Assembly: GCA_963575745.1 (NCBI GenBank)
Contig: CAUYUJ010000021.1
Coordinates: 1 to 64,000 of the forward strand
Origin: Prorocentrum cordatum
Lineage: Eukaryota
Length of the DNA stretch: 64,000 bases
Direction of reading: 5' to 3'
Part shown: one piece after another, positions 36,701 to 49,889 of the stretch
How the letters are laid out: each line of letters opens with the position of its first letter
Position numbering within the stretch: position 1 is the stretch's first letter
Translations under genes and position numbers: made by a program
The notes under the pieces: model-generated
Database searches by the model: none
Told to the model about the DNA's origin: nothing
What the model saw: only the letters and a program-made list of their open reading frames with translations

Positions 36701-39700
36701 ACCACTCCCGACGATACACAACTCCACTGCGACACCAACGCCTTCAAACCTGACAAAGCTAGCACGGACGATAGTGACGCCGACACCGAAGCTGGCGGCT
36801 TCAGCCCCAGCGACGGTAGTTCACCCGACACGGACAACGACGAAGACCACACTTGTGAACCACCACCTGTACAGGTCCCCGACATCCTCCCTGCCAACGC
36901 CATTGTTGCTAATACCAAAGACATGCTTAAGCTCATGGTCGACACCTGGGAGCCCATCTTGGGCAGGTACCGCGCCCGTGCAGGGCATGACGCCGAAGCC
37001 ATGCCGACGTGGGCTGACTTCTACGACGAGTACCGACAAGAGCTGCCTACGCCATCACCAGCTGCCCCTTTCCACCTCACCGACGACCAACTCATCCACT
37101 TTATTCGCACCCGTTCACCGCGCCGTGCGGGGGGACTTGACGGCTGGACTACTAAGGAGGCTAAGGAGTTACCTGACGACATCCTTCGCCTCTTCGCCAG
37201 CGTCTTACGCGCTATGCAACGCACTGGCACCATCCCAGAACCCCTCCTTCACGTGCCAAACCCGTGCCTCCGAAAAGGCCGAGGGGAACTCCCAACAGAC
37301 CAACGACTTCTCTCGGTGCTTTCCGTTTGGATGTATGCGTGGGAAGCGCCAGCTTACCGCAGCCTCACGGACTGGCGGAAAGGATGGACCCACGCCACGA
37401 GTTTTGGCGCTGTTCCCAAAGCTACCATTGGGGACGTCAGCACCTCTCTCGCCCTGCGCATCGAGCACGCCAGGGCTTTACTCCTGCCCTTAGCTGGGGC
37501 TGCCCTTGACCGACAGAAGTGTTTCGACTACCTCATCACGGACATCTGCCTTAACCTTGCGCTTCACGCGGGGTGCCCCCAAGACATCGTTACTGTCCGC
37601 AGAAACTTCTACAGTCGCCACAAACGCTACATCCGCATGAACGGAGCGTACTCTAAGGACTTGGCCAGGACCAACGGTCACCTCCAGGGAAGCTCATGGT
37701 CCCTGGACGACATCAAGCTGCTCATGTGTGTGTGGACAAAGAGACAGCATCGATACGTTCCTCGATCACTCAGCACTACCTTTGTTGACGACAGCAACTC
37801 CACTACCCACACCGCGTCTGAGTTGCAGAAATCTCTTGACGAAACCGCCAAGTTTGATCGATTCTCAGGTCAACGCATTCACCCTGGCAAAGTGGCGGGG
37901 TGGGCGCTCACCGACGAGCTTCACGCCGCCGTTACCCAGCTCACTCTGGCGGAACGGCCCTTACGCGTGGTCGACTCCTTCAAGCTCGTCGGGAGTTACA
38001 TCAACGCCGAGGCAGCGCCGGCTCCAGCCGCGCTTAACCTCACGGCCACCGCTGACGCCCGTGTTCGGAGGGCGACTAGTCGCCTGCCGCGCATTGGCAA
38101 GCTCCCATCGCCGATGCTTATTAAGGCGCGGCACGCCCGTTCCCTTGCTGCCAGCGTCTGTACCACGGGCACCGACATTCAAGCCCCATCAGGCCCCGCC
38201 AAAACTGCCTACAACCACGCCCTCAAGGCGGCTATCCGCCCCAAGGGGAACAAGTGGGTCGAGTTCTGGACTCTCATGGCCGTGTGCGTCCCAGGACACG
38301 CCCTGGAGATTGACGCCATCACGCAGCGTGAAGCTTTCCTGTGCCTGCGGCGACAGGTTAACCGCGACGTTACACTCTGCGGTCTCGTCAGGGATCTCCA
38401 ACACCACGTCCAGACCCTGTTTGGTGGAGGACCTGTCGGACGACTCGTCCAGTCGCTCCAGCAGCTCCGTTGGACCTGGCCCACATTTGGCATCATGTAC
38501 GACGACTGGGGCTGCCAGATCAGCTGGCTGAACTTACCCCAAAACGCCTTCCTTCACATGCTGCGGGCCTCACAACGCAGAGCCTTTCTGCGGAGGATCA
38601 AGCCACGGCGACACGACCTTGGATACCTTGCCTCTGTCAGACAGGGCCTCGACCTCTTCGCCAGCACGTGGCTCGCCCGAACGAAAGGAGCAGCCAAATG
38701 CACTGCCTGGCAGCTGGCGCTCCTCCTGAACTACCTGTCGGGCGGGGACCGCACCCAACAGCGACGATCCCGATCAAACACGTCAGCTGACCCCAGCCCC
38801 ATCTGCCGATACTGCGACGAGGAAGAGGAAACTCAGGAGCACACTGTCCGCGACTGCAAGTGCTGGGCCCGAGAAAGACTCCCTCTCACCACCCTCATCA
38901 GTGACGAGCAGTGGGCCCGTCTCCCGCCGCACACAAGACACTGCGGGCTCTTCGATGAAGACCCAGCCCTCCTCGACCTGCAGGCCGACCTCGCGAGGGA
39001 CCCGCTACCTCAGCCCATACCGCGGCCCCCACCTGAGGGAGATCCTGCGGCTTCAGCCCAGGACTCCTACACCACCTACCTTGACCACGACACTGGTTGG
39101 ACATGGGTCTACGCTGCCACGGACGGTGCATGCACCAACCAAGCCATCCCATTGCTAGCACGAGCGGGCTACGGCGTCTACTACGGCATCGACCACCGCA
39201 TGAACTACAGTGCACGCGTTCACGGCATTACGCAGAACGCCCAGCTTGCGGAGACCCTCGCCATTGTCCACCTCACGGCATGTGCTGAACGGCCCGTGCA
39301 CGTTTTCGTGGACAACCAGGCGGTGGTCGATGGGTTCCAAAGCATCATCGACGGACACTCAGCACCGCAGGGCACGCACGTGGAGCTCTGGGAAAAGATC
39401 CACCGATGCGTTATGGCCAAGCCCAACATGTTCCGCGTCGAGAAAATCGCAAGCCACCTGGGAGACATGGGCATCGACCTCGGGCTCATCGGGCCCATTG
39501 CGGAGGAGTTCAATCGTCAGGCTGACGCCCTCGCCACAACGGCGGCACGCACTCACAACCTTCCAGACGACATTGTCGAAGCTGCCAAAACACGACATCG
39601 CCAAGCGACCGTGCTTCATGGGGTCGCTGTCGCCATCTACGAGCGTAGACACCGCACACTCCCGCTCCCACACCGCAGGGCTGGGTTTACAGCTGCGGAA

Positions 39701-40870
39701 CTCAACAAAATGGAACCAAACCCCCTGCTGTCGGACCAGGCACCACCCGCGGCTGGACCAGACATCCCACAGAACCCGGACGAGCTCTGGGCCGAGGCCC
39801 AACGGGCGATATTCGACGAACAGGAGGACGACCCGTTCGGCTTCGGCGGGGGACTTGACTTCCTAGGCGACGGGCCAGCCAGCGCCAACCTTGCCCCGTC
39901 GGGCATCCGCACGTCGCCCTCGACTCCGCCACCGAGAGCGGCACCGCACCCACATGACAACGCCGCTCACCTCCAAGACGCTGACGAACAGGAGGACGAC
40001 CCGTTCAGCTTCGGTGGGGGATCGGACGCCTTGGACGACGGCCCAGCCAGCGACAACCCTGCCCCGTCGGGCAACCTCTCGACGCCTACCGCGACTCCGT
40101 CTCCGAGAGCGACATCGCTCCCATATGATGATATCGGTCACCGCCAAGACGCCGACGACGACCTGGGTGACCCCCGCGGACTGAGTGGCATAGACGACGC
40201 ACCGCCGACACCCCACGCTGCCGACCATGCCGCCCTATCGAGACGCCACCCTACTACGCGGCTGACCTCAGAGCCCTCGCACGGCATCATGATTGGTCCC
40301 ACCGCGCAAACCACTCCGCCCCCCCACCAGCGGCAGCCCGCGGGGGCGGCTTCAGCCCCCCCGCAGGGCACTGAACCAGGCAGGCCCTCGCACCCCGTCC
40401 ACGCTTCCATCGTTGCTGAGCGAGAGGATGCGGCTCTCCCGACCTCTCGGGGCGTGGCCCTAGCGGCTCCAGCCCTGGGGTCGCGTGTTCCCCTCCAGTC
40501 ACCTTTCAAGGGTGACGGACGACAGCATACAGGGTGCCGTACTACGCTAGTCCACCATCTGGACAGGCGTACCGAGGACCTCGCCCCTGTCACGAGGCCC
40601 GCGGCCGCTGGCACTGAGCAGCCACCCCTCACCGACCGCGAAACCGAGCTGTCCCAGGCTATGGCTGCTCTCCAGCAGAGGTGCGTTGCTCTCGCCGCGG
40701 ACCTCGCCGCCGCCCAAGCTCGCCAAGGCCCTCTACTCCAGCGCCTCCACAGCGCCGGGCGAGCCTTCGCCGAGCTGCTTACGCCCTCGCCCGATGGTGC
40801 CGTGCCGTCACTCACCATCCAAGCTATGCTGTCATCGTTCCGCGGCGCTCCACCTGGTGCCCCGCGCTAA
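27734..40870 (+). pseudogene. LINE ORF2, copy 2, disrupted between APE and RT by a +1 indel (~36343) and an A-rich insert (36503-36642)
   Basis: ORFs 27734..36397 and 36923..40870 align to copy 1; RNase H is intact here (QNAQLAETLAI..VFVDNQAV). Confidence 0.85.
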
Positions 40871-41235
40871 TCTCCTCCTTTCTGCCTGCCCGTGAGTACG
40901 CGTGGCTCCGCGTCCACGGTGTCAGGGCGTGGGGGCGGGGGGTGCCCCGTCCCTGCGCGCCGCTTTGCGGCCAAGCGCCCAACTGGCGGTCTGCCAAGCC
41001 GCCTAGCCACGTGTCAGCACGTCGCCTTCTTGTTGGGGCCTCTTTCTTTACGCGGTCTGACAGGTGAGATCATCACCGTCTGTCCGCCGTCTGTAGCGTC
41101 TGTCGCACTGCGCCGGGGGAGGGGGTTTTTGTTGCCCGCCCTCGTATCTAAAGGCTGCACCGCCGCAAATAGTGTTTAGCGAGTTGTCGCACCGCAGTGC
41201 GCCTCGCGGACGGACCCTGGTCCGCCTACTTGTCC

Positions 41236-41236
<1 letters not shown>

Positions 41237-41266
<30 letters not shown>

Positions 41267-41281
41267 GTTTCTCTCTCTATT

Positions 41282-41345
<64 letters not shown>

Positions 41346-41363
41346 TCTTCTTCTTCTTCTTCT

Positions 41364-41409
<46 letters not shown>

Positions 41410-41464
41410 TCCCCACCCCCCCTCTCTCTTCGCTTCCTCTCTCTCTCTTCTCCTTCTCATCTCT

Positions 41465-41511
<47 letters not shown>

Positions 41512-41610
41512 TGCTCCTCTATCATCTTCCTCTCTCTCTATCTCCTCTCTCTACTTCTCTTCTCTCTCTCTCTCTCGCCTCTCTCCCTTCTCCTCCTCCT
41601 CTTACTTCCT
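41237..41610. repeat. (CT)n microsatellite
   Basis: Direct reading. Confidence 0.97.
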
Positions 41611-41616
41611 CGTCAC

Positions 41617-42900
41617 GGGGCTCGTGAGATCAGCCAGGTTGGCTCCCCCATGGGGCTCCCAAATGATGCCCCTGGCAGCGTTTTGTGACCATGAGGCTCT
41701 CAAGAGATACATGTTGGGGACGCCAAACGGCAATTCTAGCTGAGGCGTCCCACCAAAATCGGCGCGAACGGGCTCGTGAGATCAGCCAGGGTGGCTCCCC
41801 CTTGGGGCTCCCAAATGATGCCCCTGGCAGCGTTTTGCGACCATGAGGCTCTCAAGAGATACATGTTCGGGGCGCCAAACGGCAATTCTAGCTGAGACGT
41901 CCCACCAAAATCGGCGCGAACGGGCTCGTGAGATCAGCCAGGGTGGCTCCCCCTTGGGGCTCCCAAATGATGCCCCTGGCAGCGTTTTGTGACCATGAGG
42001 CTCTCAAGAGATACATGTTGGGGGCGCCAAACGGCAATTCTAGCTGACACGTCCCACCAAAATCGGCGCGAACGGGCTCGTGAGATCAGCCAGGGTGGCT
42101 CCCCCTTGGGGCTCCCAAATGATGCCCCTGGCAGCGTTTTGTGACCATGAGGCTCTCAAGAGATACATGTTGGGGGCGCCAAACGGCAATTCTAGCTGAG
42201 ACGTCCCACCAACATCGGCGCGAACGGGCTCGTGAGATCAGCCAGGGTGGCTCCCCCTTGGGGCTCCCAAGTGATGCCCCTGGCAGCGTTTTGTGACCAT
42301 GAGCCCCTCAAGAGATACATGTTCGGGGCGCCAAACGGCAATTCTAGCTGAGACGTCCCACCAAAATCGGCGCGAACGGGCTCGTGAGAACAGCCAGGGT
42401 GGCTCCCCCTTGGGGCTCCCAAATGATGCCCCTGGCAGCGTTTTGTGACCATGAGGCTCTCAAGAGATACATGTTGGGGAGGCCAAACGGCAATTCTAGC
42501 TGAGGCGTCCCACCAAAATCGGCGCGAACGGGCTCGTGAGATCAGCCAGGGTGGCTCCCCCTTGGGGCTCCCAAATGATGCCCCTGGCAGCGTTTTGTGA
42601 CCATGAGGCTCTCAAGAGATACATGTTGGGGCGCCAAACGGCAATTCTAGCTGGGACGTCCCACCAAAATCGGCGCGAACGGGCTCGTGCAGCCAGGGTG
42701 GCTCCCCCTTGGGGCTCCCAAATGATGCCCCTGGCAGCGTTTTGTGACCATGAGGCTCTCAAGAGATACATGTTGGGGGCGCCAAACGGCAATTCTAGCT
42801 GAGACGTCCCACCAAAATCGGCGCGAACGGGCTCGTGAGATCAGCCAGGGTGGCTCCCCCTTGGGGCTCCCAAATGATGCCCCTGGCAGCGTTTTGTGAT
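41617..42900 (+). repeat. 152-bp tandem satellite, ~8.5 copies
   Basis: GGCTCGTGAG at 41619, 41771, 41923, 42075 and onward. Confidence 0.97.
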
Positions 42901-44019
42901 CATGAGAGAGTGCGAGTGTGAGCTTAACTTATCGTGTCTTACCTTGAAATCTCTTCTTATCATATATTGTGATATCTTATCTTATCTTGTAGTATCTTAT
43001 CTTGTCTTGTCTTATCTGGTGATTATCATTGGGAGGAGGGAGGCGCTAGCGGGAGGAAAAAGGAGGAGGAGGAGGAGTGGGAGGCGTCAGAGTAATAACA
43101 AGAACCCCAATCCTTAGGATATGGGGAATAAAAGGATTCCCGATAGTTTCCAAATTTTTGTGCTCTTCGTCCTCCCCCACATTTCCCATATGTTCGCATG
43201 CTTTCCTGGGGATCGACGATTCATTGTGTCTGTTTGTTTTCCCTCCTGAGCTTTGACAAGCGCATAGGAGGGCCCACCCGCTCCTGGGCCCTGGGAGTTG
43301 ACCTACAACTCCGACCCATCCGAAAACGCGAAGGCGGATGTAGTATGCAGAGGACCATATGAGGGGAGGTGGGAGGGAGGAGAGGGAGGGGGAGGGGGGA
43401 GGGCTAGAGTAGTAGCAGGGATTGGGCTGCAGCGGTAAAAAGAAAACGAGCGGGGAGAAGGTGAAGGATAAGGCTGAAAAGGCAAACGAAAAATCTCACC
43501 ATGCAGAGAGAGACAGCCTCGACAGACGACCGTGCACGACGGCCGCAAATAATCGCCACAGGGCCGAGCTCACAAACGCACGAGCCACGCGGGATGTGGC
43601 CACCAAGGGCCACTAGGGAAAGTGCGCGCCACTCGAGATGAGTCATGAGCCACATCCGACAACCGAAACCGGCCAGTTCACCCATCGACGTGTCAGGGTC
43701 CCAGACCTCCGACGTCGTGACTTTTTCACAGCGTCGACCCCCAAAGGTCTGGACCCCGTCCCCGGGACCGGTTCTTCATCCTGGGTCGATTTTTCCCCCA
43801 TATCCTAAGGATTGGGGTTCTTGTTATTACTCTGACGCCTCCCACTCCTCCTCCTCCTTCTTCCTCCCGTTCGCGCCTCCCTCCTCCCAATGATAATCAC
43901 CAGATAAGACAACACAAGATAAGATACTACAAGATAAGATAAGATAGCACAAGATATGATAAGAAGAGATTTCAAGATAAGATAAGATAAGTTAAGCTCA
44001 CACTCGCACTCTCTCATGA

Positions 44020-45265
44020 TCACAAAACGCTGCCAGGGGCATCATTTGGGAGCCCCAAGGGGGAGCCACCCTGGCTGATCTCACGAGCCCGTTCGCGCCG
44101 ATTTTGGTGGGACGTCTCAGCTAGAATTGCCGTTTGGCGCCCCCAACATGTATCTCTTGAGAGCCTCATGGTCACAAAACGCTGCCAGGGGCATCATTTG
44201 GGAGCCCCAAGGGGGAGCCACCCTGGCTGATCTCACGAGCCCGTTCGCGCCGATTTTGGTGGGACGTCTCAGCTAGAATTGCCGTTTGGCGCCCCCAACA
44301 TGTATCTCTTGAGGGCCTCATGGTCACAAAACGCTGCCAGGGGCATCATTTGGGAGCCCCAAGGGGGAGCCACCCTGGCTGATCTCACGAGCCCGTTCGC
44401 GCCGATTTTGGTGGGACGTCTCAGCTAGAATTGCCGTTTGGCGCCCCCAACATGTATCTCTTGAGAGCCTCATGGTCGCAAAACGCTGCCAGGGGCATCA
44501 TTTGGGAGCCCCAAGGGGGAGCCACCCTGGCTGATCTCACGAGCCCGTTCGCGCCGATTTTGGTGGGACGTCTCAGCTAGAATTGCCGTTTGGCGCCCCC
44601 AACATGTATCTCTTGAGAGCCTCATGGTCACAAAACGCTGCCAGGGGCATCATTTGGGAGCCCCAAGGGGGAGCCACCCTGGCTGATCTCACGAGCCCGT
44701 TCGCGCCGATTTTGGTGGGACGTCTCAGCTAGAATTGCCGTTTGGCGCCCCGAACATGTATCTCTTGAGAGCCTCACGGTCGCAAAACGCTGCCAGGGGC
44801 ATCATTTGGGAGCCCCAAGGGGGAGCCACCCTGGCTGATCTCACGAGCCCGTTCGCGCCGATTTTGGTGGGACGTCTCAGCTAGAATTGCCGTCTGGCGC
44901 CCCGAACATGTATCTCTTGAGAGCCTCGTGGTCACACCCTGGCTGATCTCACGAGCCCGTTCGCGCCGCTTTTGGTGGGACGTCTCAGCTAGAATTGCCG
45001 TTTGGCGCCCCGAACATGTATCTCTTGAGAGCCTCATGGTCGCAAAACGCTGCCAGGGGCATCATTTGGGAGCCCCAAGGGGGAGCCACCCTGGCTGATC
45101 TCACGAGCCCGTTCGCGCCGATTTTGGTGGGACGCCTCAGCTAGAATTGCCGTTTGGCTTCCCCAACATGTATCTCTTGAGAGGGCTCATGGTCACAAAA
45201 CGCTGCCAGGGGCATCATTTGGGAGCCCCAAGGGCGAGCCACCCTGGCTGATCTCACGAGCCCGT
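44020..45265 (-). repeat. Same 152-bp satellite, inverted, ~8 copies (one internally deleted at ~44935)
   Basis: Reverse complement of the 41617-42900 units. Confidence 0.97.
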
Positions 45266-45269
45266 GACG

Positions 45270-46196
<927 letters not shown>

Positions 46197-46307
46197 GCTC
46201 AGTCACACTTAAACCCAGATTCGTCCTCACCGAGTCCCACCACCAAGGGAGCGCCAGCAAGGAGATGCACGTATGGGGATCCCCACGCAGTGAATACTTG
46301 ACGGCCA

Positions 46308-47383
46308 CGAGGCCCGGCGAGGGCCCCCGGAGGCCGAAGATGGCGAAAAACCTCCCGTCGTGACTTTGTTCACGACGCCAGGAGGTCCGGGGATGCCGAC
46401 GAGAGGCCTCGGCTCCCTGGGCCGCCGGGATCGATCCCCCGCCGAGCCACCGGCATCGATCCCCACGGCGGGCCGCAGGAGCGCCAAGGCCGCGCGCCAG
46501 GCCGCGGGGGCCGCGGGCCGCCCGGTGGACGCGGAGCCCCGCCCCGTCGACGCGGGGGGGGAGGGGGAGGGGGAGGGGGAGGGGGAGGGGGAGGGGGAGG
46601 GGGAGGGCTGCAGAGGATCGTCAGAGGCCAGCAACCTGTACACGTGCGCGGTTCGCTCCCCCTGGAGGGCGTTGAAAAACGAGGACGCTCGTGCACTCAG
46701 GATCGCGGAGGGCGTACATGTACACATGTCGCTGCTCGGAGAGTGCGCGCCACTCGAGGTGAGTCATGAGCCACATCCGACACGCGAGATGACGACGAGA
46801 GGACTCGGCTCCCTGGGCCACCGGAATCGATCCCCCGAGCCACTGGGATCGATCCCCACGGCGGGCCGCGGGAGCGCCGCGAAGACGCCACGGCGGGCCG
46901 CAGGAGCGCCGCGGCCCAGGAGGCCACCCGCGCCCGCTCCCCGGGGCCCGCCGCACGCGAGGGCCGCGCGCCAGGCCGGTGGGGCCGCGGGCCGCCCGGT
47001 GGACGCGGAGCTCCGCCCCGTCGACGCGGGGGCTGCGGAGGGGGGCAAGAGAGCCCAGAGGGCAAGGGGGCAGGAGGGCAAGGGGCCAAGAGGGCAAGAG
47101 GGCAAGAGGCCAAGAGGGCAAGAGGGCAAGAGGGCAAGAGGGCCTTCGACCGAGCCGCCCGACGGCCACGGGCCGCGAGCCCGCGCTGGCCCGCGGGAGC
47201 CCCTCCGCGCACGCGGGGGGGGGCCGCGGGAGCGGCCAGGGGGCCACGAGCAGGTCGGGCGGGCCCCCGAGCCGCGCCCCGCACGGGGGGGCTCGGCGAG
47301 CCCAGACCCCCTCGAGCAATGGAAAAATCACGACGGGAGGTTTTTCACAATTTTCAGCCTCTGGGGGCCCTCGCCGGGCCTCG
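46308..47383. repeat. GC-rich non-coding unit bounded by ~55-bp inverted repeats, with an internal direct duplication
   Basis: 46308-46362 CGAGGCCCGGCGAGGGCCCCC..AAAAACCTCCCGTCGTG vs its reverse complement at 47329-47383; 46395-46558 resembles 46790-47031. Confidence 0.7.
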
Positions 47384-48455
47384 GGAGCGTCGAAAAACGG
47401 CACGGGATGGCAAGCCGGCCCTGGGGAAGGGGTCGAGAACTCTGGGGTCGACGTAATGGAAAATTCATTACGTCGGGGGTCTGGGAGCAGAGGGGGCGAG
47501 GAGGGGCGCGGGCCACGAGCGGCCGCGCTGGGTCCCGAGGCCCGCCCCGCGCCCGAGGGCCCGGGGGGGCTGCGAGGGGCTGCGGGGCCCCGGGCCGCAA
47601 CCCACCGAGTCGCAGACTGCTGGCCAGCGGCCCTCTCAACGGGCCGCGGACGGAGCCCGCGCCGAGCGCTCCCCAAAGCGAAGAACTACTCCAGATTTCG
47701 TAATAAAAGACGCTACCCTGGAAAACCCGAGGGTTGGGGGAGAGCGCGGGGAGCGCTGCGCGTTGGGTAGGCGCGCGCCCGCGGGGGGGGGCGAGCGGCG
47801 CACTCGTCGCTCGCCGCTCCCCGCGGGAGCGCGCGGGTGCAGCGACACCCCGCGCCCCACCCCAACCAAAGGAGCGGCGAAGGGTGAGGGGAAACAAAAG
47901 CCGCCACGGCGGCCCGCGACGCGCGCACCGAGGGCGCCAGCCTCGCGTTCGGCCGACAAGCGCCCTCGGGGCAGCGCGCGCGACGCGGGGGTATATTTAC
48001 CCTCCCCCCACCGCAGGGAGACGTGGACAAAGAACACGAACAAGACGAGGAACACGAAGTCCATGAAGACCTGAGGCGAGCCACCCCAAACGCACCCCCC
48101 AACCGACCCAACCCGCCCCACCACAGGCACCGCGGCGAACCGCGGCGCCAGCGGCGGGGCGGCAGGGGTAGAAGGTTCCCAGGTCCGCGTTTTTGTGACA
48201 ACGAACAAAACTGCGTTGTGTTCTCGCCCACAAAAGACGCTACCCTGGAAAACCCGAGGGTTGGGGGAGAGCGCGGGGAGCGCTGCGCGTTGGGTAGGCA
48301 CGCGCCCGCGGGGGGGGGCGAGCGGCGCACTCGTCGCTCGCCGCTCCCCGCGGGAGCGCGCGGGTGCAGCGACACCCAAGGCCCTTGCTGCACCTGCGCG
48401 CGAGGAAAACCCAACGCTGTTCTCGCCGAAGGTGTTCTATAGGCTCACAGCCACC

Positions 48456-49886
48456 TCAGTCCTTGTCTTCGTCGCTGGACGAAGCGCCGCCGTGCGCTTC
48501 CCTGACGGCGCTGTCCTCAAGCGCATCCCTGTCTAAATATGACAGGAAGGCGGCGGACCGCCAATCTCCGGCGCGAAGGATGTCGGCCAGCCGCGAGCCA
48601 CGCACCGCCATGTCTTGGGCGTGGCCCCGACGAAAATCGTGGGTGCGATAGGCATCGTGCCGCGGCACCCCGAGCTCTTGCAGGGCCGCTCTCAACGCCG
48701 ATAGGACAGCGTCCGGGCGGAAACCCGCAAAAGGCTGCTGGGCCGCGCTGTCGGCGCAGAATTTCCCCAGCGCGTGCACGGGGCACGTTGATGGACAGCG
48801 CGCGCACCAGCACGTGCGCGTCATCGTGAGCGGCGTGGCGCGATTCTTGCGCCAAAGCAACGTCAGCGAGATCGAGCCGTCATGCAGGCGTAGGCAGCTC
48901 TTCGGCTCGACCGCCCGCGGCGGATCGCCGTCCCGAGCGACGTGCATCGGCAGTGCTTCCGACGGCAATCGCAACAGGAATATGTACGCCGTCAAGAAAA
49001 GCATCTGCAGCTCGCGCCCCGATTGGTGGCGTTCGAGATGCTTCAGTAATCTGGCGAGGAGCGCCTCCCGAATAAACATCTTGGGCCTGGCCTGCCAAGT
49101 GTTTCGCGCTTGCACCGCGCGAGCCGCGCGCTCGACTGCCGGGTCGCTCAGCGCGTCCAGCGGGACGCGCAACAGGATGCAGACTAATCTGACGTGCGAA
49201 ATATAGTTGTCGAATGTTCCTTTACAACGGAAGCATGTGCTCCACAATGCAAGGCCCTCGGGCGACGGCGGAATCACTTCCCCCGCGTCGCAGCCGAGCA
49301 CGGTCATGGCGAAAGTCGCCCAGCAGCGGAAGGCGCTGACTACGCTGGGCCACGTTTTCGGGCAGCTGCCCAGAATCGCGGCGACCCGAGCCGAATTCGA
49401 CCATTCGCTGAAGCTTCGCTGGGCGAGGCCCTGCCGCAGGGCCTCGACTTCACGGCGGGGGCCCGCGCGCGGCTCGATGGTGCACTGGCGCGCTATGCTG
49501 ACGGCCAGCTCAAGGTCCCGCACAGCACCGCAAGCCGCCGAAAGCTCATCGCACTTGGCAGCTCGCCGCCTGGCAGGGCGACTGCGGCTGCGGCACTCGC
49601 GCTGATGCACGTCGGGTGCAGGCGGAGGTTCGTCCTTTGCGCCGCGCACGACGGCAGATGGCTTCTTCGCTTCGTTAATTAACTCTGACAGCGCTACGCG
49701 CAGGGCGTCAGGGCTGACGCCTCGTTCCCCTTCTGCGGCAGACACCGGTTCGAACCAATCGACGCGCGCTAGCTGCAGATCTCTGAGATGCGTTATGTCC
49801 TGGCGCCGCAGCAACTCGATCAACGCAAAGGTAACCATGGGTGAAAGCTCTGGCAGGACGCCGCGGACCTCATGAAACAACGTCAT
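48456..49886 (-). CDS. Tyrosine recombinase (476 aa)
   Basis: Catalytic set R (LLRLPSE), K (WRKNR), HxxR (THDFRRG), W (AGDWRS), Y (FLSY). Confidence 0.92.
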   Translation of the reverse strand: MTLFHEVRGVLPELSPMVTFALIELLRRQDITHLRDLQLARVDWFEPVSAAEGERGVSPDALRVALSELINEAKKPSAVVRGAKDEPPPAPDVHQRECRSRSRPARRRAAKCDELSAACGAVRDLELAVSIARQCTIEPRAGPRREVEALRQGLAQRSFSEWSNSARVAAILGSCPKTWPSVVSAFRCWATFAMTVLGCDAGEVIPPSPEGLALWSTCFRCKGTFDNYISHVRLVCILLRVPLDALSDPAVERAARAVQARNTWQARPKMFIREALLARLLKHLERHQSGRELQMLFLTAYIFLLRLPSEALPMHVARDGDPPRAVEPKSCLRLHDGSISLTLLWRKNRATPLTMTRTCWCARCPSTCPVHALGKFCADSAAQQPFAGFRPDAVLSALRAALQELGVPRHDAYRTHDFRRGHAQDMAVRGSRLADILRAGDWRSAAFLSYLDRDALEDSAVREAHGGASSSDEDKD

Positions 49887-49889
49887 GGC

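Larger units (their letters stand above)
24851..41236 (+). mobile_element. Non-LTR retrotransposon, full-length copy 2, head-to-tail with copy 1
   Basis: Same termini as copy 1; separated from it by only (CT)10-AT (24829-24850); scattered substitutions relative to copy 1. Confidence 0.95.
41611..45269. mobile_element. Foldback-like palindromic element (~1.5-kb inverted arms, ~0.66-kb core, no transposase seen)
   Basis: Left end CGTCACGGG is the reverse complement of right end CCCGTGACG. Each arm is ~8 x 152-bp units plus a ~230-bp unique segment (42896-43128 vs 43794-44023). Confidence 0.7.

Noticed and set aside
41617..45265. Satellite or minisatellites as a CRISPR array
   Set aside because: Units are contiguous and near-identical with no unique spacers; no cas genes; eukaryotic context.
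46360..47703. 447-aa ORF as a gene
   Set aside because: GC-rich, repeat-derived sequence with no recognisable domain.
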